From NCBI GenBank assembly GCA_965223335.1, contig OZ244991.1, positions 1,024,001 to 1,088,000 on the forward strand: a DNA stretch of 64,000 nt. The letters run 5' to 3'. This DNA comes from Thermodesulfobacteriota bacterium (lineage in GTDB: Bacteria > Desulfobacterota_D > UBA1144 > Nemesobacterales > UBA2774). Shown here piece by piece: positions 30,278-40,305 of this stretch. Position 1 is the stretch's first letter; the number at the start of each line of letters is the position of its first letter. Both the position numbers and the translations under genes were made by a program. Under the pieces are notes generated by a model, which saw only the letters and a program-made list of their open reading frames with translations, was not told where the DNA came from and made no database searches.

Positions 30278-31678
30278 ATGAGTAATAAAATTGCAGGTAA
30301 TGACACTATCGCAGCCATCGCGACACCTGTAGGCGAGGGTGGGATCTCTATAATTAGAGTAAGCGGCAGAGGTACTATAGATGTTATAGCGTCTCTGTTC
30401 AAAAGCAGTAGCCGGTTATCTGTGTCAGAGATGAAGCCGCGGACATTTTATCATGGTCATATTGTGGACAGTGACGACGCAGGCAATGCCGATGAGGTGT
30501 TGTGTGTGTTTATGCGGTCGCCTGCGTCCTACACGGGCGAGGATATGGCAGAGATCCACTGTCATGGCGGGTACCTAGTGCCAAAGAAGATACTGGGTCA
30601 TGTCATAGATGCGGGTGCCAGGCCTGCCAATGCAGGGGAGTTCTCGTTCCGAGCTTTTCTCAACGGTAAAATGGACCTGGTTCAGGCTGAGGCTGTAATA
30701 GATATTGTGCATGCCGACTCCGAAGAGGGTTTAAGACAGGCGGAACTTCAGCTTGAGGGGATGTTATCGGGATTAATAAACGAATACAAAGAGACAGTTC
30801 TCGATATACTGGCCGAGGTAGAGGCCCAGGTCGATTTTCCCGAGGAGGATATTGATCCTGTAATTAAAGAGGATATTAAATCGCGTTCCAGCAATCTTAT
30901 CGAAGTGATTGATCTGCTGTTAGAGTCCTACGAACAGGGTAGGGTGCTCAAACACGGGGTGAGTACCGTAATAATAGGCAAGCCCAATGTCGGGAAATCG
31001 AGCTTATTAAACAGGCTTTTACTAAAAGACAGAGCTATTGTGAGCCCTCATCCGGGCACTACGAGGGATTTCATAGAAGAGATCTTAAGTGTTGGCGGCA
31101 TTGCACTAAAACTCTCAGACACTGCAGGCATAAGGGTTACCGCCGACGAGATAGAGCGTGTGGGGGTCGATATCGCCAGGGATAAGGCAGGTAAATCCGA
31201 GCTCATTATTGCGGTAATGGATGGAAGCAGCGGGCTCGACGACGATGACAGAACCGTCTTGGAGCTCATTTCGGGTAAGACTGCTATTGTTGCAATCAAT
31301 AAATCTGACCTTAGTGAAAATTTGTTCCCCGATGCTTTAAAAGACTACATAGATCCCAGATATACCGTCAGGACATCGGCAAAGACGGGTGTGGGGATAG
31401 ACGAATTAAACAATGCCATATTATCGTTACTGCTACAAAATGAAAACCCCAGAGAATCGGGCGAGATTGTTTTAACAGAGCTCAGGCATAAATCCGCCCT
31501 CGAGAAGGCCAGGGCGAGTCTTAAGGCCTTTCTCAATATACTAGACCTAGGCGAGTCACCCGAGTTCCTTGCACTTGAGTTAAGGATCGCGCTAGATGCG
31601 CTGGGCGAGATAACGGGCGAGACCACTACAGAGGATATTCTAGGACGTATATTCAGTAAGTTTTGTGTGGGCAAGTGA
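30278..31678 (+). CDS. mnmE: tRNA modification GTPase MnmE
   Basis: DTIAAIATP, GKPNVGKSSL, GTTRD, DTAG, NKSD, terminal FCVGK. Confidence 0.97.
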   Translation: MSNKIAGNDTIAAIATPVGEGGISIIRVSGRGTIDVIASLFKSSSRLSVSEMKPRTFYHGHIVDSDDAGNADEVLCVFMRSPASYTGEDMAEIHCHGGYLVPKKILGHVIDAGARPANAGEFSFRAFLNGKMDLVQAEAVIDIVHADSEEGLRQAELQLEGMLSGLINEYKETVLDILAEVEAQVDFPEEDIDPVIKEDIKSRSSNLIEVIDLLLESYEQGRVLKHGVSTVIIGKPNVGKSSLLNRLLLKDRAIVSPHPGTTRDFIEEILSVGGIALKLSDTAGIRVTADEIERVGVDIARDKAGKSELIIAVMDGSSGLDDDDRTVLELISGKTAIVAINKSDLSENLFPDALKDYIDPRYTVRTSAKTGVGIDELNNAILSLLLQNENPRESGEIVLTELRHKSALEKARASLKAFLNILDLGESPEFLALELRIALDALGEITGETTTEDILGRIFSKFCVGK

Positions 31679-31694
31679 TGTTTCACGTGAAACA
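31679..31694. promoter_or_regulatory. parS centromere site
   Basis: Perfect palindrome TGTTTCACGTGAAACA. Confidence 0.92.
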
Positions 31695-31727
31695 TCTAGA
31701 TTAATACAGATATTGCCTGAATGAGCC

Positions 31728-32546
31728 TTATTTATTCCACTTGAGTTTCTCAAATAATTTCTCGCAAAGATCGCTTAGTTCCTTAGGTGGAGGGGCAAAT
31801 CTAATAGCCTCCAGGTTAGAGACTGTGTTGACCCCGATTAGAGAGTTTGTGAGTAAAATGCACTCTGCTGCGTCCAGTTCTTCTACTGTAAAACTACCCT
31901 CTCTGAACTCGATTCCCTCCTCAAGCGCAGTTTCTATCATAATTCCCCTTGTGATCCCGGGCAGTATGCCGCAAGCAACCGAGGGTGTGTATAGTACCCC
32001 CTCCGAGTAAAAGAATATGTTGCAAGAGCTCCCTTCACAGAGCTCGTCCTTCTCGTTAAGAAGTATTGCCTCCTCGTAGCCCGATTTAATGGCCTTGCGC
32101 CTTGCGACTATGGATTCCAGGTAGTTTAGTGTTTTTATACGCGCGGTTGGGGAACCGGAATATCTCCTTACAGTTGAAATGGCTACGCTCTTTTCGGGCT
32201 TTTGTTCTTTGTACCCTCTGATGATAATTAAAATGTGTGTTTTAAGGGAGTTACCATAATAAGTATTTTCTCCCTCGGACAATAGAGAGACCTTGACGTA
32301 TGCGTCTTTTATACCTGATGCCTGGATTGCAGCTATGATGTGCCCCGTGATAGTTTCGGGCCCGGGGTACTCCAACTCGAGTGCTAGAGCCCCTTTTTCC
32401 ATGCGTTTCATATGTCTATCGAAGTATACTGGGAGACCTTGTTTATATCTAAATGTTTCAAACACTCCTTCGCCGAACTGAATAGACCTGTTATAAATAG
32501 CGATATCTGCGGGTTTTTTGTCTAGGAAGCAAAATTCTTGACTCAT
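31728..32546 (-). CDS. Class IV aminotransferase, probably aminodeoxychorismate lyase (PabC-like)
   Basis: GEGVFET, KTLNYL, EGSSCN, LPGITR; adjacent to pabB. Confidence 0.8.
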   Translation of the reverse strand: MSQEFCFLDKKPADIAIYNRSIQFGEGVFETFRYKQGLPVYFDRHMKRMEKGALALELEYPGPETITGHIIAAIQASGIKDAYVKVSLLSEGENTYYGNSLKTHILIIIRGYKEQKPEKSVAISTVRRYSGSPTARIKTLNYLESIVARRKAIKSGYEEAILLNEKDELCEGSSCNIFFYSEGVLYTPSVACGILPGITRGIMIETALEEGIEFREGSFTVEELDAAECILLTNSLIGVNTVSNLEAIRFAPPPKELSDLCEKLFEKLKWNK

Positions 32547-32568
32547 TTTTATATTGATCCGGTGATAG

Positions 32569-33783
32569 TTATCTCAGCCCAATGGCTTTTTTAATCGCTT
32601 TTGCCTTAAGTAATGTCTCTTCGTACTCTTGTTCAGGGTCCGAGTCCCAAACTATGCCGCTACCGACCCAGAATGTGGATTCTTTAGCATCCGTAACTAT
32701 TATTCTGATCCCAACACTTAGTGTAAAGTCCCCGTTGGGATAGAAAATTCCTATCGCTCCGCAATAAGGTCCTCTGTAGTGGGGCTCCAGTTCGTCTATG
32801 ATCTCAAGGGTCCTTTTCTTGGGTGCACCTGTGACTGATCCCGGGGGAAACAGGTTTTTTATGATTTCGGTTAATGTAAGGCCTGGTTTAAGTGTTCCCT
32901 CGACCTCTGAGACCATCTGGTGTAGTGTGGTATAGGATTCGATCTTAAACAGGTTTTTGACCCCGACACTCCCATACTCGCATATTCGGCCCAGGTCGTT
33001 TCTCATTAGATCGACTATCATGAGGTTCTCTGCGCGCTCTTTTTCACTGCCTACGAGTTCGGCTCTTAATATGACGTCCTCCTGGGTGTTTTCCCCCCGT
33101 CTTATTGTGCCTTTTATCGGTTTTGTAGTAATCTTGTTCCCCGCTTTTTCTATGAACAGCTCCATAGATCCGCTAATTATCTGAAAACTGCCGAAATCAA
33201 TCAAACCGGCATATGGCACGGGCTGTGTGTTGTAGAGGTCCAAAAAACAGTTATAGGGATCGATCTCTTTTGTTAGTTTAAACCGCTGAGATAGGTTTAC
33301 CTGATATATATCCCCATTCGCTATATAGTCCTTGGCTCTTCTAACCATCTCTAAATACTCACTTTTTGACATATTCGAGGTTGGTGATTCGGGTGTGTGA
33401 GGATTTTCACGGTTTGTCTTGTTATGAGTCAGCATCTCGGGAGTTGCTTGCTTCATACCTCCGGGATCAAATATGTGGAAGTAAAGCTCGGGTAGCGCTT
33501 TACCTTCTTTACCATATATCGGGTTAAACCCGAACTCTGTGTATTTCCCGTATTCGTAACCTATATATCCCATAGCATAGTATCCCTGGGCTAGGTAGTG
33601 ATTGATCAAATCGATCGGGTCTTGGTCACTGCTTATTTTTTCGGTATCTGTTTTTATAGTGGTTTGACCGGATTCGTAGATTACAGATAGCGTGGGTTTG
33701 TCGAATATTTTTAAACACCCCTCAGGTGTACCTTTGTTGTTGGGGTCTGAGAATATTGCGGTTTGTCTCTCGGGAGAATCCAT
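32569..33783 (-). CDS. pabB: Aminodeoxychorismate synthase component I
   Basis: GDIYQVNLS, PIKGT, AENLMIVDLMRNDLG, GSVTGAPK. Confidence 0.85.
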   Translation of the reverse strand: MDSPERQTAIFSDPNNKGTPEGCLKIFDKPTLSVIYESGQTTIKTDTEKISSDQDPIDLINHYLAQGYYAMGYIGYEYGKYTEFGFNPIYGKEGKALPELYFHIFDPGGMKQATPEMLTHNKTNRENPHTPESPTSNMSKSEYLEMVRRAKDYIANGDIYQVNLSQRFKLTKEIDPYNCFLDLYNTQPVPYAGLIDFGSFQIISGSMELFIEKAGNKITTKPIKGTIRRGENTQEDVILRAELVGSEKERAENLMIVDLMRNDLGRICEYGSVGVKNLFKIESYTTLHQMVSEVEGTLKPGLTLTEIIKNLFPPGSVTGAPKKRTLEIIDELEPHYRGPYCGAIGIFYPNGDFTLSVGIRIIVTDAKESTFWVGSGIVWDSDPEQEYEETLLKAKAIKKAIGLR

Positions 33784-33931
33784 AGAGATTAGATTAACCT
33801 GCGGCTCTTCTAATACAAGACGATAATTTAGAACTATAGTGATTTAATTCACGGCACATTACTTTCGAACATATAATAGCTAGTAATTGCAGAAGGTTAT
33901 GGCTGCGTATGCTTCGGAAGCCGCCTATGTG

Positions 33932-35929
33932 TCAGTCTTGGGTACTATCCCCCGACTCGACCGATTCTCTCAGAATCATAGAGATATCCTTTATCTCCAT
34001 CTCTTCGTTACCGGCGTGCTTGGCGGCGTCTTCAAACATCGTATCACAGAAATAGCATGCTACGGCTACAGTGTCAGGGTTTTTGGCCTCGACCTCCTCG
34101 AACCTGTTCCAGTTAACCCTGGGGGCTTCTTCTTCCATCCATATCTTTCCACCCCCGGCTCCGCAGCAAAAACTCCTTTCCCTCTTGCGGTCTAGTTCTA
34201 CCAGTTTAAGGCCCGGTATGGATTTAAGCACCTCTCGCGGGGGATCAAACACTCTGTTGTATCTACCCAAATAACATGGGTCGTGGTACGCCACTGCTTC
34301 ATTTATCTCTTTGGTTGGTTTGAGCTTTCCCTCTTGTATCAACTGGTTTAGAAACTCGGTATGGCTTATGACCTCGTAATCGCCTCCGAACTGCGGATAT
34401 TCGTTTTTAATTGTATTGTAGCAGTGCGGGCAGTTGGCAATAATCTTTTTAACCTTTAGCTCATTTAGGTTCTCTATGTTTTGGGTGGCGAGCATCTGGT
34501 ATAGGGCCTCTTCACCAAGGCGCCGGGCCGGGTCACCTGTGCATGACTCCATAGGGCCCATCACCGCAAAATTGACACTAGCGTCTGTAAGCAAGCTCAC
34601 TATTGCTTTTGCGATGTTCTGTCCGCGTGGGTCGTAACCCCCGTAACAGCCCATCCAGTATAGAAAATCTATCTCCGATGCGTCCTCTACTCCCTCTTGC
34701 CCAATTATGTTGACCCCGTCTTCTTCCGAAAGCCAGTTGGCCCTTTCGTCCTCACTGAACCCCCACGGGTTTCCCTGCATTTGGAGTTTCTGGAGTGTCT
34801 TGCCTGCGGTTCCTGTGAGCTTGCCCTCGAGTGTAAGGTACCTGCGCATCTCCATGATCTTGCTCATCTGGTCAATAAACAACGGGCATTGCTCCACGCA
34901 AGAGTTACAGCTGGTACAGGCCCAAAGCTCGTCTTCGGTTACCCAGTCGGGTCCGGGGATAATACCGTTTTCTACCTCACCACCGTTTACAAGGGCTTTA
35001 CCCTCGCTAGAGGTGTAATGCCTTAGTTTCACCACAATCTCACGGGGTGAGAGTGGCTTCTCCGTGTGCCATGCGGGGCAGTTGTCCGTACATCTTCCAC
35101 ATTCCGTGCAGGTATACGAGTCCAGTATGTCTTTCCATGTAAAGTCTTCCAGTTTGCCTGCGCCAAAGTGGTCAATATCGTCTGGTATGTTCTCAAAGTC
35201 TATGGGTTTTAACGCTCCCCTGGGCTCAAGGTTCTGGAAAAACACGTTGGGTATAGCTGTAAAAACGTGGCTGTGTTTTGAGTATGGCAGGTAATTCAGG
35301 AACCCGAGCACTATAAGTATATGGAACCACCAAAAGAACTCACGCGAGAAAACGAGCCCACTCTCACTCATACCGCTGTAAAATATGTTTGAAACCCCTG
35401 TGGATACCGGCAGCCATCCGCTCTCTAGTTCTGCCAGCGCAACCTTGGCCCCCGTGTACCCAAAAGCTGTTAGCATCAAACCAAATATCAAACCAAATAT
35501 AACTACAGCATCAAGCCCATTTACCTCTCTTCTCTTTGCTATAGTTGTCCGGTTAATAATACCCATAATTAATGCAATGATTACAAGGAATTGTACAATG
35601 TCCAGGATAAATTCGTATACGTTATGAGCGGTGCCTGGGATGAGTTTAAACCCGGGGAAAATACCTCCTACTAGCAGCTCTATGGTGCCGATAGTAATGA
35701 TCATAAAGCCCCAGAAGATCATGAAATGCTCTACCCCTGCGAAGGTGTAGTTTTTCACCAATCTCCTTTGGCCAAACACATATATCAGTACTTTTTTTAT
35801 TCTCTCGCCGATGTTGTCAAAGCGGGCTTCGAATTTCCCGATTTTTAGCAATTTGATCAGGTTGTATATGTTATAGAAGAAAAATCCAAACGCGGCTATG
35901 ATAAGTATACTAACAATTATTGCTTTCAT
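33932..35929 (-). CDS. Membrane-bound Fe-S oxidoreductase (FadF/HdrD-like, CCG domains)
   Basis: N-terminal transmembrane region, CTECGRC..CP, CTSCNSC...CP, YHDPC, CCGAGGG. Confidence 0.88.
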   Translation of the reverse strand: MKAIIVSILIIAAFGFFFYNIYNLIKLLKIGKFEARFDNIGERIKKVLIYVFGQRRLVKNYTFAGVEHFMIFWGFMIITIGTIELLVGGIFPGFKLIPGTAHNVYEFILDIVQFLVIIALIMGIINRTTIAKRREVNGLDAVVIFGLIFGLMLTAFGYTGAKVALAELESGWLPVSTGVSNIFYSGMSESGLVFSREFFWWFHILIVLGFLNYLPYSKHSHVFTAIPNVFFQNLEPRGALKPIDFENIPDDIDHFGAGKLEDFTWKDILDSYTCTECGRCTDNCPAWHTEKPLSPREIVVKLRHYTSSEGKALVNGGEVENGIIPGPDWVTEDELWACTSCNSCVEQCPLFIDQMSKIMEMRRYLTLEGKLTGTAGKTLQKLQMQGNPWGFSEDERANWLSEEDGVNIIGQEGVEDASEIDFLYWMGCYGGYDPRGQNIAKAIVSLLTDASVNFAVMGPMESCTGDPARRLGEEALYQMLATQNIENLNELKVKKIIANCPHCYNTIKNEYPQFGGDYEVISHTEFLNQLIQEGKLKPTKEINEAVAYHDPCYLGRYNRVFDPPREVLKSIPGLKLVELDRKRERSFCCGAGGGKIWMEEEAPRVNWNRFEEVEAKNPDTVAVACYFCDTMFEDAAKHAGNEEMEIKDISMILRESVESGDSTQD

Positions 35930-36135
35930 TAGATGCCCCCCGAGATAACTGCTCTAATTCGCACCAAGAGCGTATGTATGATAATCAATAATTAGCCTAT
36001 TAGTCAAGCCGTTACGACCCCATGTATATTGGATAATTGCGGTTCTATCCAAAATCGGAAAGTGTACAACTGTAAGGACTTGTACTGCCTACCCGATTCC
36101 ACTGTCTTTATGGGAATCTGATGACAAGCCTTGGT

Positions 36136-37269
36136 TTATAAAGAGGTAACGAGTACAGAATTTATGCTGGGTTCCTTAGTTTTTATATCCTGACCGAACT
36201 GTCTGGCGTCATTTTTATTCGTAAATTTCCCTACCCTAACTCTGTACCATGTACCCTTGCCGGGTATTTCCACCTTCTGAATGTAGGCGGGATGGTTCTT
36301 GGATTTTAGGTTCTCTTCCATCTCCTGAGCGTGGTGGAGTTTGGGAAAAGAGGCAATCTGTACTGTGAAGCGACCGTCGGGATTTTTGGTAATGGTCGTC
36401 TCAGTGGTTTTCTGCTGAGTGGATTGTGATGATTTTGAGACTTGAGTCTGCACAGCAGGTTTTTGCTTAGTTGTTTTGTTTGCAGCAACAGCCTTGGTGT
36501 CTAGGGTTTCTACATACATGAACGATTTTTTCTTCTCTTTGTCGGATTTAATATTTTCTTTGTTGGACTTAATGTAGTTAGATTCTGCAATCATGCTATC
36601 TGTGTTTCTTTTGGTTTTGGAGTTTCTCAATTTATCGTAGTGTATGTAGACCTTATCCACGTAGTTAATGGTCTCGGGATAAGGGGGGATTTTATAACCG
36701 TATTTTATTACAGCATTTTCCCCGGCGTTATAACCGGCCAGTGCTAATGTGGTGTTGTTGTTGAACATTTTCATCAATTTGCTAAAGTAACGCACCCCGC
36801 CCTGTATGTTTTGATGGGGGTCATAGGGGTTTGTGACACCGTTATTGATTGCTGTTTGGGGCATAAGCTGCATTACACCCATCGCCCCTTTTGGAGACAC
36901 GGCGTCGGGGTTAAAGTTGGATTCAACCTTAATTATTGCTTTTACGAGCATGGGGTCTACCCCGAAAGTCCTGGCGGTTTTATTAATGTGTTTATCGTAA
37001 TCTTGCGAGTACTTAAAACTTCCTACCCTAGTTTTACTTCTCTTAATGGTTCGTCTCGAGCCTTTGAAGGTACCCCAGGGGTTAGACATTTGTTTAAAGC
37101 TACGGTCCTCGGGGTCTAGATTCGTATAGTGAGCCACCCCATTACGCTCTTTAAAGTAGTAGCCGTCTGCCAGGCTTGTTTCAGGCAGTGTGACAAACGA
37201 GAGCAATAGGATTGCAATCAGTGCTAGAACGTGAGAACCCATCATGAATCGCATACCATATACATGCAT
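36136..37269 (-). CDS. Lytic transglycosylase with DUF4124-like N-terminus, SLT domain and C-terminal SPOR domain
   Basis: NGVAHYTN; VESNFNPDAVSPKGAMGVMQLMP, AGYNAGE; FTVQIASF...WYRVRVG. Confidence 0.88.
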   Translation of the reverse strand: MHVYGMRFMMGSHVLALIAILLLSFVTLPETSLADGYYFKERNGVAHYTNLDPEDRSFKQMSNPWGTFKGSRRTIKRSKTRVGSFKYSQDYDKHINKTARTFGVDPMLVKAIIKVESNFNPDAVSPKGAMGVMQLMPQTAINNGVTNPYDPHQNIQGGVRYFSKLMKMFNNNTTLALAGYNAGENAVIKYGYKIPPYPETINYVDKVYIHYDKLRNSKTKRNTDSMIAESNYIKSNKENIKSDKEKKKSFMYVETLDTKAVAANKTTKQKPAVQTQVSKSSQSTQQKTTETTITKNPDGRFTVQIASFPKLHHAQEMEENLKSKNHPAYIQKVEIPGKGTWYRVRVGKFTNKNDARQFGQDIKTKEPSINSVLVTSL

Positions 37270-37364
37270 AGCATTCCCCTATCAGGGCATAGCTATCTGG
37301 GATACAAAGGATTTCTCCTTTCATCCTGATTGAAGAGCGGAATTGTCCAGACCCATCCTCCATC

Positions 37365-37458
37365 TCTTCGGCAACCCAGCTACCTTAGGCATCCTCCAGT
37401 TTACCCTTAGGCCTTTGCTTTGCGTCCTATTCTTTCGAATAGTTTGCCCTTTCGCATA
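37365..37458 (-). ncRNA. Cyclic di-GMP-I (GEMM) riboswitch
   Basis: Minus strand GGGCAAACTATTCGAAAGAATAGGACGCAAAGC...GGCCTAA...GGTAGCTGGGTTGCCGAA matches the GEMM-I architecture (GAAA tetraloop, receptor, P1). Confidence 0.92.
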
Positions 37459-37486
37459 GAACAACTAAATGTTTTATCCTATTGCA

Positions 37487-37515
37487 ATTCTATAACTAAT
37501 TGGATTCTTTGTCAA
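37487..37515 (-). promoter_or_regulatory. Sigma70 promoter of the riboswitch-led transcript
   Basis: TTGACA-17 nt-TAGAAT. Confidence 0.8.
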
Positions 37516-37614
37516 TAACTATCAGTGTTCATAGACAACAACGATACATACTTAAAGTCGCAATTTAAAAGTATCGCCCCACAGTTAAAGTGATTTGTAT
37601 GGTATTTACGGGTG

Positions 37615-38211
37615 TTAACAATCGGATTTCGTTGTTTTCTTGCTGAAAAAATAGATGTAGGCCCCGACTAAAAACGGCTCGAACCTAACAACCATATTAT
37701 CCACAAACCCCCATGAAAATTCCCATAGGATCTGAGTAAACTTGTTCTTTTTTGCATACCCAAGCTCTGTTAGTGCAGAGTTTATCTGTTGTCCTTCCAT
37801 CGTAAAGATGTATAGGAAATGTACAATTACAAGTAGCACTAATGCTTCTATATAAACGCGTTTTCTATTGACCAGGGGGAAAAACGCGGCCATGATCGCA
37901 AGCGTTAGAGGAACATTAAATGTGTAATTCGATGTAGATATGTCTAATGCAATCTTGATGTTGTCTTGCACACCGAATTTTTTCGCAACGAAAGCGACCT
38001 TTATTACATCTTCATTTTTTTTAAGCTGAATCAAGTCCAAGTTATTTATGCTAGCAATAGACTTAGAGGCCGCTTTTGTCATAGCAATCCCATAGTAGCC
38101 TTTCACACCGATCCACGCAGCCAGAAATGCCCCATACGACACTATGAATATGAGTGCTATTTTTAATACCAGGTTTCTACGTGGTTGCTTGGCTTGGTCT
38201 TTTTTGCTCAT
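37615..38211 (-). CDS. Exosortase H-associated membrane protein
   Basis: Multi-pass membrane protein overlapping the exosortase gene, PLTLAIMAA motif. Confidence 0.65.
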   Translation of the reverse strand: MSKKDQAKQPRRNLVLKIALIFIVSYGAFLAAWIGVKGYYGIAMTKAASKSIASINNLDLIQLKKNEDVIKVAFVAKKFGVQDNIKIALDISTSNYTFNVPLTLAIMAAFFPLVNRKRVYIEALVLLVIVHFLYIFTMEGQQINSALTELGYAKKNKFTQILWEFSWGFVDNMVVRFEPFLVGAYIYFFSKKTTKSDC

Positions 38212-38701
38212 TGTTGATGTAGTTTAGATACAGAATGAAAGTAAGGAGTGCAACTGCAATCATCACACCTTGGGCTATGTATATGTGTACAACATCAAAG
38301 AGGCTCTTATGGTACACACCGGTGTATCCGAGCCCGACGATTCTGATTAAGTTTAGTGCCTGGATTACAATAAACCCTATTACTATGCCCATAATCTTGT
38401 TCTTCCAGGTAGCCGGGAACGTGAGCACCGCGACTGCATATATCATTACAGCCTCAAGCCCGTTACACCCGAACTCAACATCGAGCGATATTGAAGGCAG
38501 GTGTATTAGAGATCCCTGATAAGTAGATGCTATGCCCATGACACCCAGGATCTTGGACGTAAGAACCACTATCATATTTGAATACAAACCGTTTATGTCA
38601 ATAATGTCCTGGATGGGTTTAAGGCCGATAAGCAGAAAAAACCCGCCCATCAATAAGATGTATGTAATTACAAACCGTTTAATGCTGATTGAATTTCCCA
38701 T
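38177..38701 (-). CDS. xrtH: Exosortase H (IPTLxxWG-CTERM-specific)
   Basis: Catalytic triad context GCNGLEA, NLIRI, VVHIY; short 174-aa form; an IPTL-CTERM target is in the window. Confidence 0.8.
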   Translation of the reverse strand: MGNSISIKRFVITYILLMGGFFLLIGLKPIQDIIDINGLYSNMIVVLTSKILGVMGIASTYQGSLIHLPSISLDVEFGCNGLEAVMIYAVAVLTFPATWKNKIMGIVIGFIVIQALNLIRIVGLGYTGVYHKSLFDVVHIYIAQGVMIAVALLTFILYLNYINNEQKRPSQATT

Positions 38702-38858
38702 TGATATTCTAGAGTAGTTATAAAGTGTAAATTGATTTTAGAGCTATGGCCTGAAACATAGCATCTAGCGAATAATTATAAAGTATAGAGCTATTATATC
38801 CGAATCACAGTTATTACTTATAATATTAGTCTTAGTAAAAAATGAAGGATTGATCCAT

Positions 38859-39539
38859 CTATAGCATATTGTTTTCGACAAAACTAAAGTACCCGAACTG
38901 ACCTATGATTATATGATCGAGCACCTTGATTTCAAGCGGTTTAAGGGCATTCATAATCTCTTTGGTCAGTTGTACGTCTTCACGCGAGGGCTCTGTGTTG
39001 CCGCTTGGATGATTGTGTACCAAAACCAGCCTCGAAGCGTGTCGCGATAACGCTTCCTCCAAGATACGTCGTGGGTACACAGCCACTGTATCCAGTGTGC
39101 CCACCTGCAGCACCTGGTGGCCGATAACATTATTTTTTATATTCATATAAAGTATCATGAATGCCTCATTGCGCAGCCCTTCTAGTTTGAATCTGCAAAA
39201 ATCTACAACGGCTTTGGGTGCCGATAACGAATCTAATTTCACAAGACTCTTTTCCAAGTAGTATCCTATGAAGTCCTTTGATACTTTGATCAGTGTTGCA
39301 GAGATGTTTCCCATGCCCTGGAATTCTGCCAAAGCACTATGCTCAGCATCGAGGACTCCCTGGAGCCCGCCGAACTCAGCGATCAGGTTCTTGGCGAGTG
39401 GTTTCACATCTTTCCGCGGGATAGCAAATGTTAAGAGGAGCTCGAGCAGTTCATAATCATGCATACCCTCGGCCCCGCTATTGATATAGCGCTCACGCAG
39501 TCGTTCTCTATGGTTTGTGTAGTGAGGCTTTTTAGTCAT
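38859..39539 (-). CDS. radC: RadC family JAB-domain protein
   Basis: HRERLRER, ELLELLL, VYPR, HNHPSG, DHIIIG. Confidence 0.93.
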   Translation of the reverse strand: MTKKPHYTNHRERLRERYINSGAEGMHDYELLELLLTFAIPRKDVKPLAKNLIAEFGGLQGVLDAEHSALAEFQGMGNISATLIKVSKDFIGYYLEKSLVKLDSLSAPKAVVDFCRFKLEGLRNEAFMILYMNIKNNVIGHQVLQVGTLDTVAVYPRRILEEALSRHASRLVLVHNHPSGNTEPSREDVQLTKEIMNALKPLEIKVLDHIIIGQFGYFSFVENNML

Positions 39540-39665
39540 GTCCTTATTTATATCTGTTATTTAATAACCATATATGTGTAGACATACCACATTATCCGCT
39601 AGGTTCTCATATGTCGAGAATTTAAAGTATATCAAAAGTTAGCATCATGAGTCTCAAGGGGGAGT

Positions 39666-40178
39666 TCACCAAAATTTCTTGGGGTAATCGAAAGTGATCA
39701 GTTCACCCTCACCTCTTTTGATCCCAGACCATGACGAGGTATTAAATCCGAGCACCGCTACTCCGCAGGTAGGTACATTATCAATTCGTTTGTTTGTGAG
39801 TTTGTTAAGCAACTCTGTGATAGTGGGGTTATGACCCACAACCATAAGCACCCTAAAGCTGTTATCAAACAGCTTTATTTCATCAAGTAATTCGGTCCAA
39901 TATATGCCGTATATTTTCTCACTTTGTATTATATCGTGCTTGGCAATCCCCGTCTCAGCTGCTATTAGCTCTGCGGTCGTTAGTGCTCTGACTGCGGTGC
40001 TCGTCATAATAGCCTCGGGGACATAGTCCGAGTGGGCCAAGTGTTTTCCCATCTTAGGAGCGTCGTGCGTGCCGCGTTTATTAAGCGGTCGATCGAAATC
40101 GGACAAACTCGCGTTTTTCCAGCTCGATTTAGCATGGCGTGTTAACAGTAATACCTTCGAATTTGATAAATCTTTCAT
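39666..40178 (-). CDS. SixA-like histidine phosphatase
   Basis: RHAKSSW, DFDRPLN.RG, VGHNP. Confidence 0.88.
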   Translation of the reverse strand: MKDLSNSKVLLLTRHAKSSWKNASLSDFDRPLNKRGTHDAPKMGKHLAHSDYVPEAIMTSTAVRALTTAELIAAETGIAKHDIIQSEKIYGIYWTELLDEIKLFDNSFRVLMVVGHNPTITELLNKLTNKRIDNVPTCGVAVLGFNTSSWSGIKRGEGELITFDYPKKFW

Positions 40179-40305
40179 GTATTTAAATTCTATCAGCGAA
40201 ATCGGCTCTGTGCTATCTGAATATTTTTAAAATCTACTGTTATAGATTACGCCCTGCATCTAGAGGATTGACATTGATACCTGAACTGGGTTAAATTGCG
40301 GAACG

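Noticed and set aside
37365..37458. cGAMP-sensing GEMM-Ib variant
   Set aside because: The specificity nucleotide is G (GGGCAAA), as in c-di-GMP aptamers.
38859..39539. radC as a marker of a mobile element
   Set aside because: It is the full-length chromosomal form with the N-terminal helical region, and no mobility genes are nearby.
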